Assembly (NCBI GenBank): GCA_030834985.1
Contig: JAUQWV010000003.1
Location: 64,656 to 128,655 of the forward strand
DNA length: 64,000 bases
Source: Candidatus Dojkabacteria bacterium
GTDB lineage: Bacteria; Patescibacteriota; Dojkabacteria; J137
Reading direction: 5' to 3'
Shown here: positions 45,535 through 55,393 of the stretch, piece by piece
Position numbering within the stretch: the stretch's first letter is position 1
Layout of the letters: each line of letters begins with the position of its first letter
Made by a program: the position numbers and the translations under genes
The notes under the pieces: generated by a model
What the model saw: the letters and a program-made list of their open reading frames with translations, nothing else
Databases searched by the model: none
What the model was told of the DNA's origin: nothing

Positions 45535-48456
45535 ATGAAAAGAATAGTCCTAGTAGATTTTTTACGCGGAATCACAGTACTTTTAATGATCATTACCCAC
45601 GTTATTGGGTTAACGCTTGATCATTCTAACAGCACGGATAAAGCTGTTGAGTACATTGGATTAATCGGAGGTATTGCTTCTTTTACCTCTTTTTTGTTTT
45701 TATCGGGAATTTCGGGCTATCTAAGCTTTATTAAAAACGAAGAAACTGATAAGAATTCAATCAGAAAGATTATACAAAAAGAATTAAAGATAATCCTTGT
45801 TTATTACATTCTAAGCTTTGCAGCATTAGTTACCCTAGATAAGATACTAATTAATACAACAGCTAGTGCATTAAGAAATAACGTTGTTGACGTTCTAACA
45901 TTTACCGTTCTCCCTGAATTTACAGAATTTCTGCCGGCATTAGCATTGTTTTCTTTAAGTTTGATTTTCCTAAAAAGGTTTTATCAGTTTTTATCGGATA
46001 ACTTGATATTTACAACTGTTATAGGACTACTTTTGTACTTCTTAGGAACATTTCTTTTACCTTTAGATTTAGGAACAGTCCGCTTAAACTCGCTGAAAGC
46101 CTTACTAACTGGGCATTTAACAGCTACAGAAAGAATTCATTCTTTTCCGCTGCTACAGTATTGGATTATATTTTTACTTGGGATTTTTTACGGCAAATTT
46201 TTATACGACAATGTAGAACAAAAGCTGCGTTTAAAATTTGCCGTCAGGTTTTTAGCCGTAAGTTCAGTAATAACAGCTGTATTAGTTGTAGCTTATGAGG
46301 TTACTAAAATTAGCTTATTTTATCCTCTACCTGTTGAAGGAAGGTTCCCTCCTTCATTAGGATTTCTATCACTGAGTTTAACAATAACCTCTGCCCTACT
46401 TATCTTTAGCAATTATATTGTCAAATACATTCCTAAGTATTCGGCTAGAGCTTTAATTTATTTAAGTAAAAATGCTTTACAGTTCTTTTTTGCTCATATA
46501 ATTTTATTATTCGGCATTAAAGCTTATATCGATTCAAGCAATGCTCAAAAGCCTACAGATTTAGTAGCAATTTTAATAATTTTTGCAATAACAGTATTTT
46601 TTTCCTGGATAATAGTTTGGGCTTTAGATTCTGCTGCATATTTAATTACTAAAAGTAAAAAATTTAGAAATTCTTTAAATTTTGTAATATTCAGCTTTTT
46701 ACCTAATGTAGTTTTACTAGCATCAATCTTAATTCTTAGTTTTATACTTTATACATACATAACAGCATCCTCTGAAGCATCAAAAAGCTTAGCATCTGAA
46801 CTTGAAAAAAGGATTGTAGTAAACGCAGCTAATCTAGACTGGTGGGATGATAGCTATCAATTTAAAAGAAATTTAAATATAGTTAATACTTCTAACACAG
46901 ATTTTTATCAATATAGTTGGGTAAGCTTTATATTTGATCATGCAGGCGATATACAAAGCAGTAGTAATATACAAAGAAGCGGAGCTGATCTACGAATAAT
47001 ATATTTTGATAGTACAAATCAGGCTTATTTAAATCTGCCATTTATTTTAGAAAATCCAAATACTTCTCAAACAAAGCTAACATTTCAATTACAAAGCAAC
47101 ATAATTTCTACACGCGAAAGCAATGATTACTATCTATACTATGGCAATTTAGACGCAGATTCCTTTACCAAAAATGAAAGTGAGATTGGAAATATAATTA
47201 CTGATGCCGTTACCATTTCAGAAAGACAAACACATATTGTACAGGCCCGTGTAACTAAAGAATGGATTTTGAAAGACCAAATTACAAGTGAACTCAAAGA
47301 TAGATTTACATTTGAAATCACTTTACCTGAAAATATTGGGGAAAATACTTTTGCATACTATAGCGTAAGTGGAATTTTAAGAGGTCAAGAGATGCAGAAA
47401 GGCTCAAGAACTGTTTTCACTGCTCAACCTGATTTAGGGACGTTAGAACCCGGAGTTTATACTATTCAAGCAGAAATTATCGACTTAGATAATAACCTAA
47501 GGAGTTATAGAACATATAAAGTTCCTTTTAGAGTAACTTATCCTTTGTATGTTACGTGGTCTCAGGATTGGGAAGGGTGGGATGTATATCAATATAATCT
47601 TGATGAAATGGATAATATTGCTAATCGTTATGGGATTCCTGTAACACAACTATTTAATCCAAGAATCTTTGCAGAAGATCAATCAGCATTTTATGAAATA
47701 TCCGATGATAGAGCTGCATACTTAACTCAATGGGTAAAAGATAGAAAGGCAAGCCGTGGGGATGAAATTGGAATGCATCTGCATTTATTTGCAGATATGG
47801 TTAAAGAAGCAGGAGTTACCCCAAGAGCTGGAACTGTTGTAGGTGCAATGTATGGTGATGGCAGAACAAGTGATTTTACTCAAGACGAATTAGAAAAAAT
47901 ATTTAGATGGGGAATGCAGAAGTTTCAAGAACACGGCTTGCCAAAACCAATAACATATAGAACTGGAGGATGGATGTCAGGCCCTCATGTACTGCAAGCA
48001 GCGCAGAATGCGGGATTTATGATAGACACTTCTGGTAGAACAGGCGGTCTTATAAATCCCGCTTTAAGTTACAGTACTCCCGTACCTTGGAATCTAACCG
48101 AAACAACAAGACCATACTTACCTACAGTTGGAGATATCAATCGCTGGGAAGGTGAACGAATGTCTATCTGGGAATTTCCAAATAATGGTGCAGACTCTTA
48201 TTGGTTTAGTGGTGACGAATTAATTCATAGATTTCAGCTTAATTATGGAGCAACTGGAATACAAGATGCGCCACAGGTACTAACTTACCTGACTCATCCG
48301 CACTGGTTAACAAGCATTGATGCTCCAAAACTACATATGCTCTTTCAATATATATCAAACTATTTATATAAAAATGATGATGGTCCTGTTGTATTTTCTA
48401 CAATTGAAGGAGCTTATAATGAATGGAATAAAAGTAAATTTATAAATGGAAATTAA
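45535..48456 (+). CDS. Large fusion protein: N-terminal acyltransferase-3/HGSNAT-like polytopic membrane domain, a central beta-rich region, and a C-terminal NodB/CE4-like polysaccharide deacetylase-fold domain
   Basis: The N terminus MKRIVLVDFLRGITVLLMIITHVIG is an AT3/DUF1624-type start, and about 10 TM helices span the first roughly 420 aa. The C-terminal region has NodB-like motif equivalents: TWSQDWEGWD (motif 1-like), GMHLHLF (H-x-H), YRTGGW (R...G) and LTHPHW. Confidence 0.5.
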   Translation: MKRIVLVDFLRGITVLLMIITHVIGLTLDHSNSTDKAVEYIGLIGGIASFTSFLFLSGISGYLSFIKNEETDKNSIRKIIQKELKIILVYYILSFAALVTLDKILINTTASALRNNVVDVLTFTVLPEFTEFLPALALFSLSLIFLKRFYQFLSDNLIFTTVIGLLLYFLGTFLLPLDLGTVRLNSLKALLTGHLTATERIHSFPLLQYWIIFLLGIFYGKFLYDNVEQKLRLKFAVRFLAVSSVITAVLVVAYEVTKISLFYPLPVEGRFPPSLGFLSLSLTITSALLIFSNYIVKYIPKYSARALIYLSKNALQFFFAHIILLFGIKAYIDSSNAQKPTDLVAILIIFAITVFFSWIIVWALDSAAYLITKSKKFRNSLNFVIFSFLPNVVLLASILILSFILYTYITASSEASKSLASELEKRIVVNAANLDWWDDSYQFKRNLNIVNTSNTDFYQYSWVSFIFDHAGDIQSSSNIQRSGADLRIIYFDSTNQAYLNLPFILENPNTSQTKLTFQLQSNIISTRESNDYYLYYGNLDADSFTKNESEIGNIITDAVTISERQTHIVQARVTKEWILKDQITSELKDRFTFEITLPENIGENTFAYYSVSGILRGQEMQKGSRTVFTAQPDLGTLEPGVYTIQAEIIDLDNNLRSYRTYKVPFRVTYPLYVTWSQDWEGWDVYQYNLDEMDNIANRYGIPVTQLFNPRIFAEDQSAFYEISDDRAAYLTQWVKDRKASRGDEIGMHLHLFADMVKEAGVTPRAGTVVGAMYGDGRTSDFTQDELEKIFRWGMQKFQEHGLPKPITYRTGGWMSGPHVLQAAQNAGFMIDTSGRTGGLINPALSYSTPVPWNLTETTRPYLPTVGDINRWEGERMSIWEFPNNGADSYWFSGDELIHRFQLNYGATGIQDAPQVLTYLTHPHWLTSIDAPKLHMLFQYISNYLYKNDDGPVVFSTIEGAYNEWNKSKFINGN

Positions 48457-48461
48457 AGCTT

Positions 48462-50417
48462 ATGACTAGAAGTGAATTCACTCAAAAAATCAAAAATTTT
48501 CTAGTTAAAACTAGGGAGATACTCAAACGCAACAAAGTAAAAATTATTTTAGGAATTTGCATTTTTATACCTGCTCTTTTAGTAATAATTGCTATTGCCT
48601 TTATTACAAACTATCTATCTACAACTCCTCAGATAATACACACCTATCCTGAAACTGAGCAGGCTTGGGATGATTATTTAAGACCTGTAGAAATAGAATT
48701 TAATGTTCCAGTACTAGCAAATAAATTTGAAGCAAAAATCACACCACGTATAGAAGGTGACTGGGTTTGGGAACCTTTTTTAGGATTTGCTAACCTTACT
48801 CAAAAAGGAAAATTCTATCCAAAAGAAACACTATATCCAAATCAAAGAGTTGTTTTTTATATTATTGGAGTTAGCAGACTTTTTAAAGAAGAAGATCATG
48901 AACTTCCTTTAACCATAACTACAGGGAGTGAGTCTGAAGTTGCATCAACAATACCATCAGAAGGTGAAAAGGATGTGCAAAAAGATAATGGAATAGTTAT
49001 AAATTTAAATAAAAAAAATAATTTCAACTCGGAATTTGTATTCAGCTTTAAGCCAGAAGTAGAATTCGAAGTTTCGAACCTTTTTTCTGACAAAATTGAA
49101 ATTAAGCCAAAAACCGGATTTACTCAAAATACTGAATACGAACTTAAAATTCAAAGACGTCCTATCCGCTATAACTTTGTAGAAACTGAAATAATTGAAT
49201 TTACAGATTACACCTATGAATCTAAATTAATCTTTAATACTACAAAAGAACCTTTAATAGAGAATTTTGAGCCACAAGGTAACGGTGTACGTGATGATGC
49301 TGTAATAAAAGTAGAATTTGAAGTACCAATGAACAAAGAAAGTGTTGAGGCTAACTTTTTAATAGAACCAGAAGTCGAAGGCGCTTTTGAATGGCAGGGC
49401 GAGGAAGATAAAATCTTTACATTTAAACCTGTAAAGTTAAATAAAGATACTAATTACAAAGTAACTTTTACAAAAGGGATAAAAAGTACAGTTGATGGCA
49501 GTACTGAAAAGGATTTAACATTTGAATTTAAAACTTTAGGAGCAGTTACTGTTACCAGTGTAAGCCCTGCAGATAATTCCAGCTGGGTAGCTGAAAGTAC
49601 AGCCATCTCTATAACTTTTGATCAGGAAGTTGATAACGAATCTGCTCAATCAAAATTTTCAATTTCACCTAGCATTGCAGGTTCTTTCTCTTGGGAAGGC
49701 AATACGATGCATTTTCATCCAGAAAACTGGTTAAGCTATATCACAACTTATACAGTAAATATTGACAGTGGAATTAAATCTATTTACGGACTAGACGGTA
49801 CTAGTACTTTTGCCAGTAGGTTTACAACAAGAGCTAATGAAATATCTATTGGTGGAATTCCACAAATGTATCAACCTTATGGGTCTTTTTCATGTAATAT
49901 TTATTCAGCTTTAATGCTTTTAGCCTGGAAAGGACATTACCCTGGAGCCTCTAATTTAATTGCAGAGATTGGTTATAACGAAAATCAATCTAACGGGCAA
50001 TGGACTGGTAACCCATATAAAGAATTTGTTGGTAATGCTGATGGAAGTTGGGGATATGGCGTTTATTGGGATCCTATCAAGAACGTATTTGCTAACCGAG
50101 GTATTTACACAGAAGTAGTTCACGGATGGTCAATACAAGGAATGGCGTATAAATTATTAGAAGGCCATCCAATAATCATTTGGAGACACAATGGAGAAAG
50201 CTCTTTTTATAATAAAGATTGGGTAGCAGCTGACGGAACATATGTTTACGCAATAAATGGTCAGCATGGTAGCGTTGTAATTGGATTTAGAGGTTCACCT
50301 GATAATCCCACTGAATTTTTAATTAACGATCCATGGTATGGGCAAATGTGGTACAGTGCTTATTACTTAGATTTATACTGGTCGTGGATGAATAGAACTG
50401 CGCTTATTGTGTACTAA
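48462..50417 (+). CDS. Membrane-anchored surface protein with repeated Ig-like (Big_5/SbsA-like) domains and a C-terminal C39-like cysteine peptidase domain
   Basis: N-terminal TM helix ILGICIFIPALLVIIAIAFI. Repeated segments of the form EPEVEGAFEWQGEEDKIFTFKP...YKVTFTKGIKS and SPSIAGSFSWEGNTMHFHP...YTVNIDSGIKS are present. The C terminus has a candidate Cys in GSFSCNIYSALMLLA, a candidate His in HGSVVIGF and INDPW. It lies 5 nt after the preceding gene. Confidence 0.55.
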   Translation: MTRSEFTQKIKNFLVKTREILKRNKVKIILGICIFIPALLVIIAIAFITNYLSTTPQIIHTYPETEQAWDDYLRPVEIEFNVPVLANKFEAKITPRIEGDWVWEPFLGFANLTQKGKFYPKETLYPNQRVVFYIIGVSRLFKEEDHELPLTITTGSESEVASTIPSEGEKDVQKDNGIVINLNKKNNFNSEFVFSFKPEVEFEVSNLFSDKIEIKPKTGFTQNTEYELKIQRRPIRYNFVETEIIEFTDYTYESKLIFNTTKEPLIENFEPQGNGVRDDAVIKVEFEVPMNKESVEANFLIEPEVEGAFEWQGEEDKIFTFKPVKLNKDTNYKVTFTKGIKSTVDGSTEKDLTFEFKTLGAVTVTSVSPADNSSWVAESTAISITFDQEVDNESAQSKFSISPSIAGSFSWEGNTMHFHPENWLSYITTYTVNIDSGIKSIYGLDGTSTFASRFTTRANEISIGGIPQMYQPYGSFSCNIYSALMLLAWKGHYPGASNLIAEIGYNENQSNGQWTGNPYKEFVGNADGSWGYGVYWDPIKNVFANRGIYTEVVHGWSIQGMAYKLLEGHPIIIWRHNGESSFYNKDWVAADGTYVYAINGQHGSVVIGFRGSPDNPTEFLINDPWYGQMWYSAYYLDLYWSWMNRTALIVY

Positions 50418-51072
50418 GTTCTTCTAATTTTTGTTTTCTTTTTAAAGCGAATATCTTTTTTCTAAAAAGCGTAATAATAAACACAAAAATTACTACAAAT
50501 GTAATTACAAAGTTTAGATAGATATCTGTATCATCAATTAAAACGCCATCTAAAACTAATATTGAGCTTTCATTAAAATTCCCAACTGATTGCTCTGCTA
50601 TCTTCTGTTTTACTTCAACATCAAGCTGATCTGCAGAAACATTAATTGTACTAAAATCTAAAGGAGCATTTAACTTTGATATAAGAGTCTTAGAAAACTC
50701 ATCATCGTTTATCTTAAGGACCTTTCCAGTAAATTTAATTTTTTCCGGTGTAAGTTTACTATGGGGAAATCTAATTATAAATTTATTACCAAATTCTTTT
50801 AAGCCGGCAAAATAAGTTGTTTGAGATATGTCCTGCGGCTGATCAGAAACCATTCTTAAATAATCTATTGTTCCTTCAATCTCAACTATATCACCATAAT
50901 TTATTTGGCTAAAAATTGTATCAACATTGTCAGTTGTAATAACTTCGTACTGACTACCTACTAGCTGAATTGAAGATTGATTAATCAAAAACGATAAGCC
51001 AGCAGAAAAAAGCAGTACCAGAATTATAATGCCGATAATTTGAAAAATATTCATTTTATCTGAACTTATCAA
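50404..51072 (-). CDS. Hypothetical protein with N- and C-terminal TM helices
   Basis: 222 aa. A hydrophilic middle region is flanked by TM segments. It overlaps korB by 17 nt, placing it in the same operon. Confidence 0.4.
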   Translation of the reverse strand: MISSDKMNIFQIIGIIILVLLFSAGLSFLINQSSIQLVGSQYEVITTDNVDTIFSQINYGDIVEIEGTIDYLRMVSDQPQDISQTTYFAGLKEFGNKFIIRFPHSKLTPEKIKFTGKVLKINDDEFSKTLISKLNAPLDFSTINVSADQLDVEVKQKIAEQSVGNFNESSILVLDGVLIDDTDIYLNFVITFVVIFVFIITLFRKKIFALKRKQKLEELSTQ

Positions 51073-51922
51073 TTATATTACCAACATTATACCCTTTTAC
51101 CTCTTCTACCAATTCTGTTTTAATACTTTTTCTGCTGGCAAGCCTTGAATAGTAATCTTTTTTGTCTTTATTTAGATACAGTACCCCTATTGCTATTTTA
51201 TCTTGAACATCCTGTGCTACTTTTCTAGCTAGCTCCAAATCTGACGAATCGTAATCTTCTAGCGTTGAAACATCATAAACTCTTTGAGCATACCACTCGT
51301 GTGGAGTTACTTTATTATAAGTTGGACATGATTGTAGAACTTCAACATAGCTAAAGCCTTCATGTTCAATTGCTTGTTTAAATATACTTTCCATATGCTT
51401 AATATTTCCCGAAAAAGTCCTTGCAGCAAACGATGGCTTGAGTGACAGTACAAGTTCCATAGGAATTAACGTATCAGATGTTACGCCGCTTGGAGATGAA
51501 TTCATTTCTAAACCTTGTTTTGTAGTAGCCGATGCCTGGCCTGTTGTTAGGCCATAATTTGAATTATCGTGAAGAACAAATGTAAAATTGTAGTTTGCTC
51601 TAATACTATGTATTAAATGATTTATGCCTTCACTAAGAGTGCCGCCATCGCCACCGAATGCTATGGTAGTAACAGCTTTATTGGCGATGGCGGCACCAGC
51701 TGCAAAAGGCAAGATTCTTCCATGCAGTCCATGAACTGAATATGCATTTATTTTATCCGCCCCGTTACCGTGACAGCCAATATCAAAACACAAAAGTACT
51801 TCACTTGGCTTAATATTCTTATCGGCAAGTGCTCTTTTTATTGACGCATGAATACCGTAATTGCCGCAGTTAGTGCACCACGTATACAGTTCATCTGAAT
51901 TGTAGGCCGCACAATTACACAT
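51056..51922 (-). CDS. korB: 2-oxoacid:ferredoxin/flavodoxin oxidoreductase beta subunit (TPP-binding)
   Basis: N-terminal Cys-rich region MCNCAAYNSDELYTWCTNCGNYG and the TPP-binding GDG fold (...AFGGDGG...). Length 288 aa. Confidence 0.8.
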   Translation of the reverse strand: MCNCAAYNSDELYTWCTNCGNYGIHASIKRALADKNIKPSEVLLCFDIGCHGNGADKINAYSVHGLHGRILPFAAGAAIANKAVTTIAFGGDGGTLSEGINHLIHSIRANYNFTFVLHDNSNYGLTTGQASATTKQGLEMNSSPSGVTSDTLIPMELVLSLKPSFAARTFSGNIKHMESIFKQAIEHEGFSYVEVLQSCPTYNKVTPHEWYAQRVYDVSTLEDYDSSDLELARKVAQDVQDKIAIGVLYLNKDKKDYYSRLASRKSIKTELVEEVKGYNVGNIIDKFR

Positions 51923-51923
51923 A

Positions 51924-53681
51924 TTATTTTAAAATTTTAGGCCGCTCCATTGTACGGCCGTAATTAAAGTAATCTAAAAGATCTTCTAGAAAAAATGGTC
52001 TACCGTTATACTTAAGAACCTTTTCTTTAAAGTTGTATCCTGTTTCCTTTTTAATTAGTTGCCCTAGCTGTCCAAAATAATTATTCTCTATCAAAACTAC
52101 TCTTTTAAAGTTCTTCACTAATTTTTCAAATAATTCTGTCTTTAAAGGGAATAAATATTCATAATGTAGATATGTAAAGTCTAACTTACTATCTCCTTTT
52201 ACTAAATTTAGAAAATCTAAAATAGTATTTTTTGGACTACCCCAGCTTACTAACAATACATCACCCGATCTTTTACCGAATAATTGAGGGTCAGGTATTA
52301 CTTTTAATAGTCCAGTTTCTTTTTTCATACGTTTTTCAACCATAAGTTGAACTTCGGTTTCATCTTCAGTTAGCCTACCGTTAAAAAAATGTTCATCACT
52401 ATTTGCAATAAATGTTTTTTCTGAACTTCCAGGTAGCCATCTTGGCGAAATTCCACTTTTTGTTAACTGATATCTTTCAGAAGTTTTTGAATCATTAATT
52501 AATCCTCGCTCTATTACGATCTCTGCTGTAAACTTATTTCCTTGAAACATTGACTCGTTTACTTGTTTATCTGTTAAGACAATAACTGGGATTTGGAAAG
52601 TTTCTGCTATATTAAACGCTTTTTGTATTAAATAGTATGCTGATTCTATATCAGAAATGGCAACTACACATCGTACAAATTCACCATGCCCAGAATATAC
52701 TGCTAAATTAAGGTCTCCTGTTGCAGTCCAAGTGGGCAGCCCTGTCGCTGGACCAGGCCTTTGTCCTAAAACTATTACAAGTGGTATCTCGGTAATTGCA
52801 GCCATTGAAAGACTTTCTGTCATTAAATCAAACCCGCCACCGGAAGTTGCAACCAGCGCACGGCTGCCCATATGCATTGTTCCAAGAGCCATTTGAACTG
52901 CTGTAATCTCATCTTCTGCCTGCTTAACCACCATTCCCGTTTCTATTTCTAAATCTGCTAAAAATTCTAATATAGAAGAGGTAGGTGTCATTGGATACGA
53001 ATAATATGCACGGACTCCTGCTTTTACTGCTCCTAACGCAATTGCATTATTACCTAACATTAAAAAATCATCCTTAGGGTTTTCTTTTGTTGCAGAAGCT
53101 GGCAGATCAATTACTTCAGCATCTATTTCAAATTCGTATCCTGCTTGTAAAGCTGTAAAGTTTAAATCTAAGACTTTTTTATCTACATTTAAAACTTTGC
53201 CTAGAGCTTTTTGCGCAAATTCAATATCTACTTTTAATAATTTAATAGCTGCTCCTAATAGAATTGTATTTTGTACAAGACGATTTGCATTAATAGCTTT
53301 AATAATTGTAAAAACATCTATGTAAAAAACTTTAATGTTGTTTTTTTGTATCAGTAAAGCTTCCTCTTTATTTAGTGAAAATCGTATTACTGAATGAATC
53401 AGAACTCCATTCCGATTAAGCTCAGGCAGCATTTTATGTATGGCGGCTCTGCTTATGCATATAGCTAAATCAATATTTTTGCTTGAAGAATTAATCGGTA
53501 CACCCGAAAAATCTACTTGGTAAGAAGCAAAGCCGCCTTCAATAATCGAAGGATATTCTCTATACCCAAAGGTATAAAAACCTGAGTATTTTAGGGTATA
53601 TGCAAGTGCTTTACCTACAGAGTTAATACCTTGGCCAGATTCTCCACCTATTTTTATAGCACTCCTAAAGTTGTTATACAT
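51924..53681 (-). CDS. korA: 2-oxoacid:ferredoxin/flavodoxin oxidoreductase alpha subunit with fused N-terminal gamma-like domain
   Basis: An N-terminal POR gamma-like domain (IGGESGQGINSVGKAL) is followed by the alpha catalytic domain. Length 585 aa. The gene is 1 nt upstream of korB. Confidence 0.8.
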   Translation of the reverse strand: MYNNFRSAIKIGGESGQGINSVGKALAYTLKYSGFYTFGYREYPSIIEGGFASYQVDFSGVPINSSSKNIDLAICISRAAIHKMLPELNRNGVLIHSVIRFSLNKEEALLIQKNNIKVFYIDVFTIIKAINANRLVQNTILLGAAIKLLKVDIEFAQKALGKVLNVDKKVLDLNFTALQAGYEFEIDAEVIDLPASATKENPKDDFLMLGNNAIALGAVKAGVRAYYSYPMTPTSSILEFLADLEIETGMVVKQAEDEITAVQMALGTMHMGSRALVATSGGGFDLMTESLSMAAITEIPLVIVLGQRPGPATGLPTWTATGDLNLAVYSGHGEFVRCVVAISDIESAYYLIQKAFNIAETFQIPVIVLTDKQVNESMFQGNKFTAEIVIERGLINDSKTSERYQLTKSGISPRWLPGSSEKTFIANSDEHFFNGRLTEDETEVQLMVEKRMKKETGLLKVIPDPQLFGKRSGDVLLVSWGSPKNTILDFLNLVKGDSKLDFTYLHYEYLFPLKTELFEKLVKNFKRVVLIENNYFGQLGQLIKKETGYNFKEKVLKYNGRPFFLEDLLDYFNYGRTMERPKILK

Positions 53682-54138
53682 AAGTTTGCTTAAGCTTTAG
53701 AAAAAAATCTTCCCGCCAATCCTTTATCACTGTATCAACTTGGTCAAAAGGATCACCGTCAATTTTCAAAATACTGCCGATTTTTTTACCCCCTCTTTTG
53801 ATAAATAAATCCTCTAAAATTTCAATTCCATGGCAGAATAAAACTTCTTCGTATCTGTGGTCCCCTAAGCCAACAAAACCCGCATACTTTTTATCTAAAT
53901 TAAGATTTTTCATCTCGCTTACAAGCTTATCAAAATATGGATTGATAATGCCGTGGTTCCAAGTAGAAGTTCCGAATAGAAAATGAGTATTGTTTTTTAC
54001 TACAGAGATATCTGTAAGTTCAGCTCTACAAAGTGCAACCTTAACCTTTCTTTTTTGCAAATATTCTGCAATTTTCTCAACAACAAACTCAGTATTGCCT
54101 AAAGTTGAGGCGTAGATTATTTGTACGGTTATTTCCAT
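53674..54138 (-). CDS. Flavodoxin
   Basis: QIIYASTLGNTEFV matches the flavodoxin FMN phosphate-binding loop (S/T-x-T-G-x-T). Length is 154 aa. It overlaps korA by 8 nt. Confidence 0.7.
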   Translation of the reverse strand: MEITVQIIYASTLGNTEFVVEKIAEYLQKRKVKVALCRAELTDISVVKNNTHFLFGTSTWNHGIINPYFDKLVSEMKNLNLDKKYAGFVGLGDHRYEEVLFCHGIEILEDLFIKRGGKKIGSILKIDGDPFDQVDTVIKDWREDFFLKLKQTYV

Positions 54139-54165
54139 AAGAATATTATTCCTGGATTACCGACT

Positions 54166-55389
54166 TTAGTAAAGCTTTTTATTGCGTAAAAATTCAGCAA
54201 GATAACTGCGGGATTCGTATTTATGCTTAAATTCCGTAGCTAATTCCACTCCGATCCATCTGTAATGCCAAGGTTCGTAGATATATCCAGTTACATTATC
54301 CTTACCTGGAGCGTAAGACATTACAAAGCCGTAATTATGAGCGTTTTCCTTAAGCCATTGCCAGAAGACCTCGTTTGAATAGCACATAGTTTCAATACCA
54401 ATACAATCCAGTGAAGATATGTCAGCAGTTGTTCCAAGCTGATGCTCTGAGAATCCAGGTAAAGCAGAATAACTATTAGCATCGCTTTCTGCTTGAGCTC
54501 TACTTTTACCAAAGCCCATTTCGTACTGTACCCAAACTTCGTATACATTTTGCTGGTCTGTATAAGATCTATATGCAGAAGTTAGCCTCATATTGTAGCC
54601 CGCATTAGTTGCCGCAGAATATAAATCTAGTAAATCTGAGTAAGCTATAACCGCAAATCTTTGTGCTCCTGGAACTCCATCTGCATTAATCACTTCGATT
54701 GCATAGTCAGCTCTTAATCTGTGAAGCTTATCTGCAGGATAGAATGTACAGTCTGTACAAGTCGCCTCCTCTGGTACAGTAGGAGGAACATATTTAGCAC
54801 AAAGATTTGCTTTAAATTCAGCAGTATTAGTTAATATATAGTTCTTTGTTGTTAAATTGTAGGTAATAGGTAATTCATTATAGAAGTTACAATTTGACAT
54901 AAACACTTCTGCATAACCTATATTTATTAGGTTTGCTTGCGCTGTAAACTCATCTTCCTGACCTAAGGCTATATTCTCTAATGCTAAACCTTCCAAAAGT
55001 GCAGCATCTGTATCCTTAGCGATTTCAGTAAGCACTAAAGTCAGCTGCGTTTGTAAAAATTCTTTAAGCTGTTCAATAGTTAAACCTCCAGTGAAAGTAT
55101 ATTCAGGAGTAGGATTAATAACTTGGTTTGATTGTGTTAGTGGAAGTCTAAAACTCTGTATACCGAGAACTCTTTTAGTGTCTACGTTATATCCAGGATT
55201 TCCTGGGATAATATATTTTTTACCCTCAATAAAATTTGGATCTGATACTTGAAGTTTTTCAAACTCAATTTTAGAGTATTCACTTTCAGCCGAAATTCGA
55301 TAGCTTAAAAATACCGCCAGAAAACTGCCTGCAATTACTGCAGCAAAAAGTATTGCGGTAGTCAAAAAGACAAACTTATGTTTTTTCAT
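54166..55389 (-). CDS. Membrane-anchored peptidase M15 (VanY/LdcB-type D-Ala-D-Ala or L,D-carboxypeptidase)
   Basis: N-terminal TM helix. The C-terminal M15 motifs are LPGFSEHQLGTTADI (SxHxxGxAxD) and a downstream EPWHYR. Confidence 0.7.
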   Translation of the reverse strand: MKKHKFVFLTTAILFAAVIAGSFLAVFLSYRISAESEYSKIEFEKLQVSDPNFIEGKKYIIPGNPGYNVDTKRVLGIQSFRLPLTQSNQVINPTPEYTFTGGLTIEQLKEFLQTQLTLVLTEIAKDTDAALLEGLALENIALGQEDEFTAQANLINIGYAEVFMSNCNFYNELPITYNLTTKNYILTNTAEFKANLCAKYVPPTVPEEATCTDCTFYPADKLHRLRADYAIEVINADGVPGAQRFAVIAYSDLLDLYSAATNAGYNMRLTSAYRSYTDQQNVYEVWVQYEMGFGKSRAQAESDANSYSALPGFSEHQLGTTADISSLDCIGIETMCYSNEVFWQWLKENAHNYGFVMSYAPGKDNVTGYIYEPWHYRWIGVELATEFKHKYESRSYLAEFLRNKKLY

Positions 55390-55393
55390 AGGC

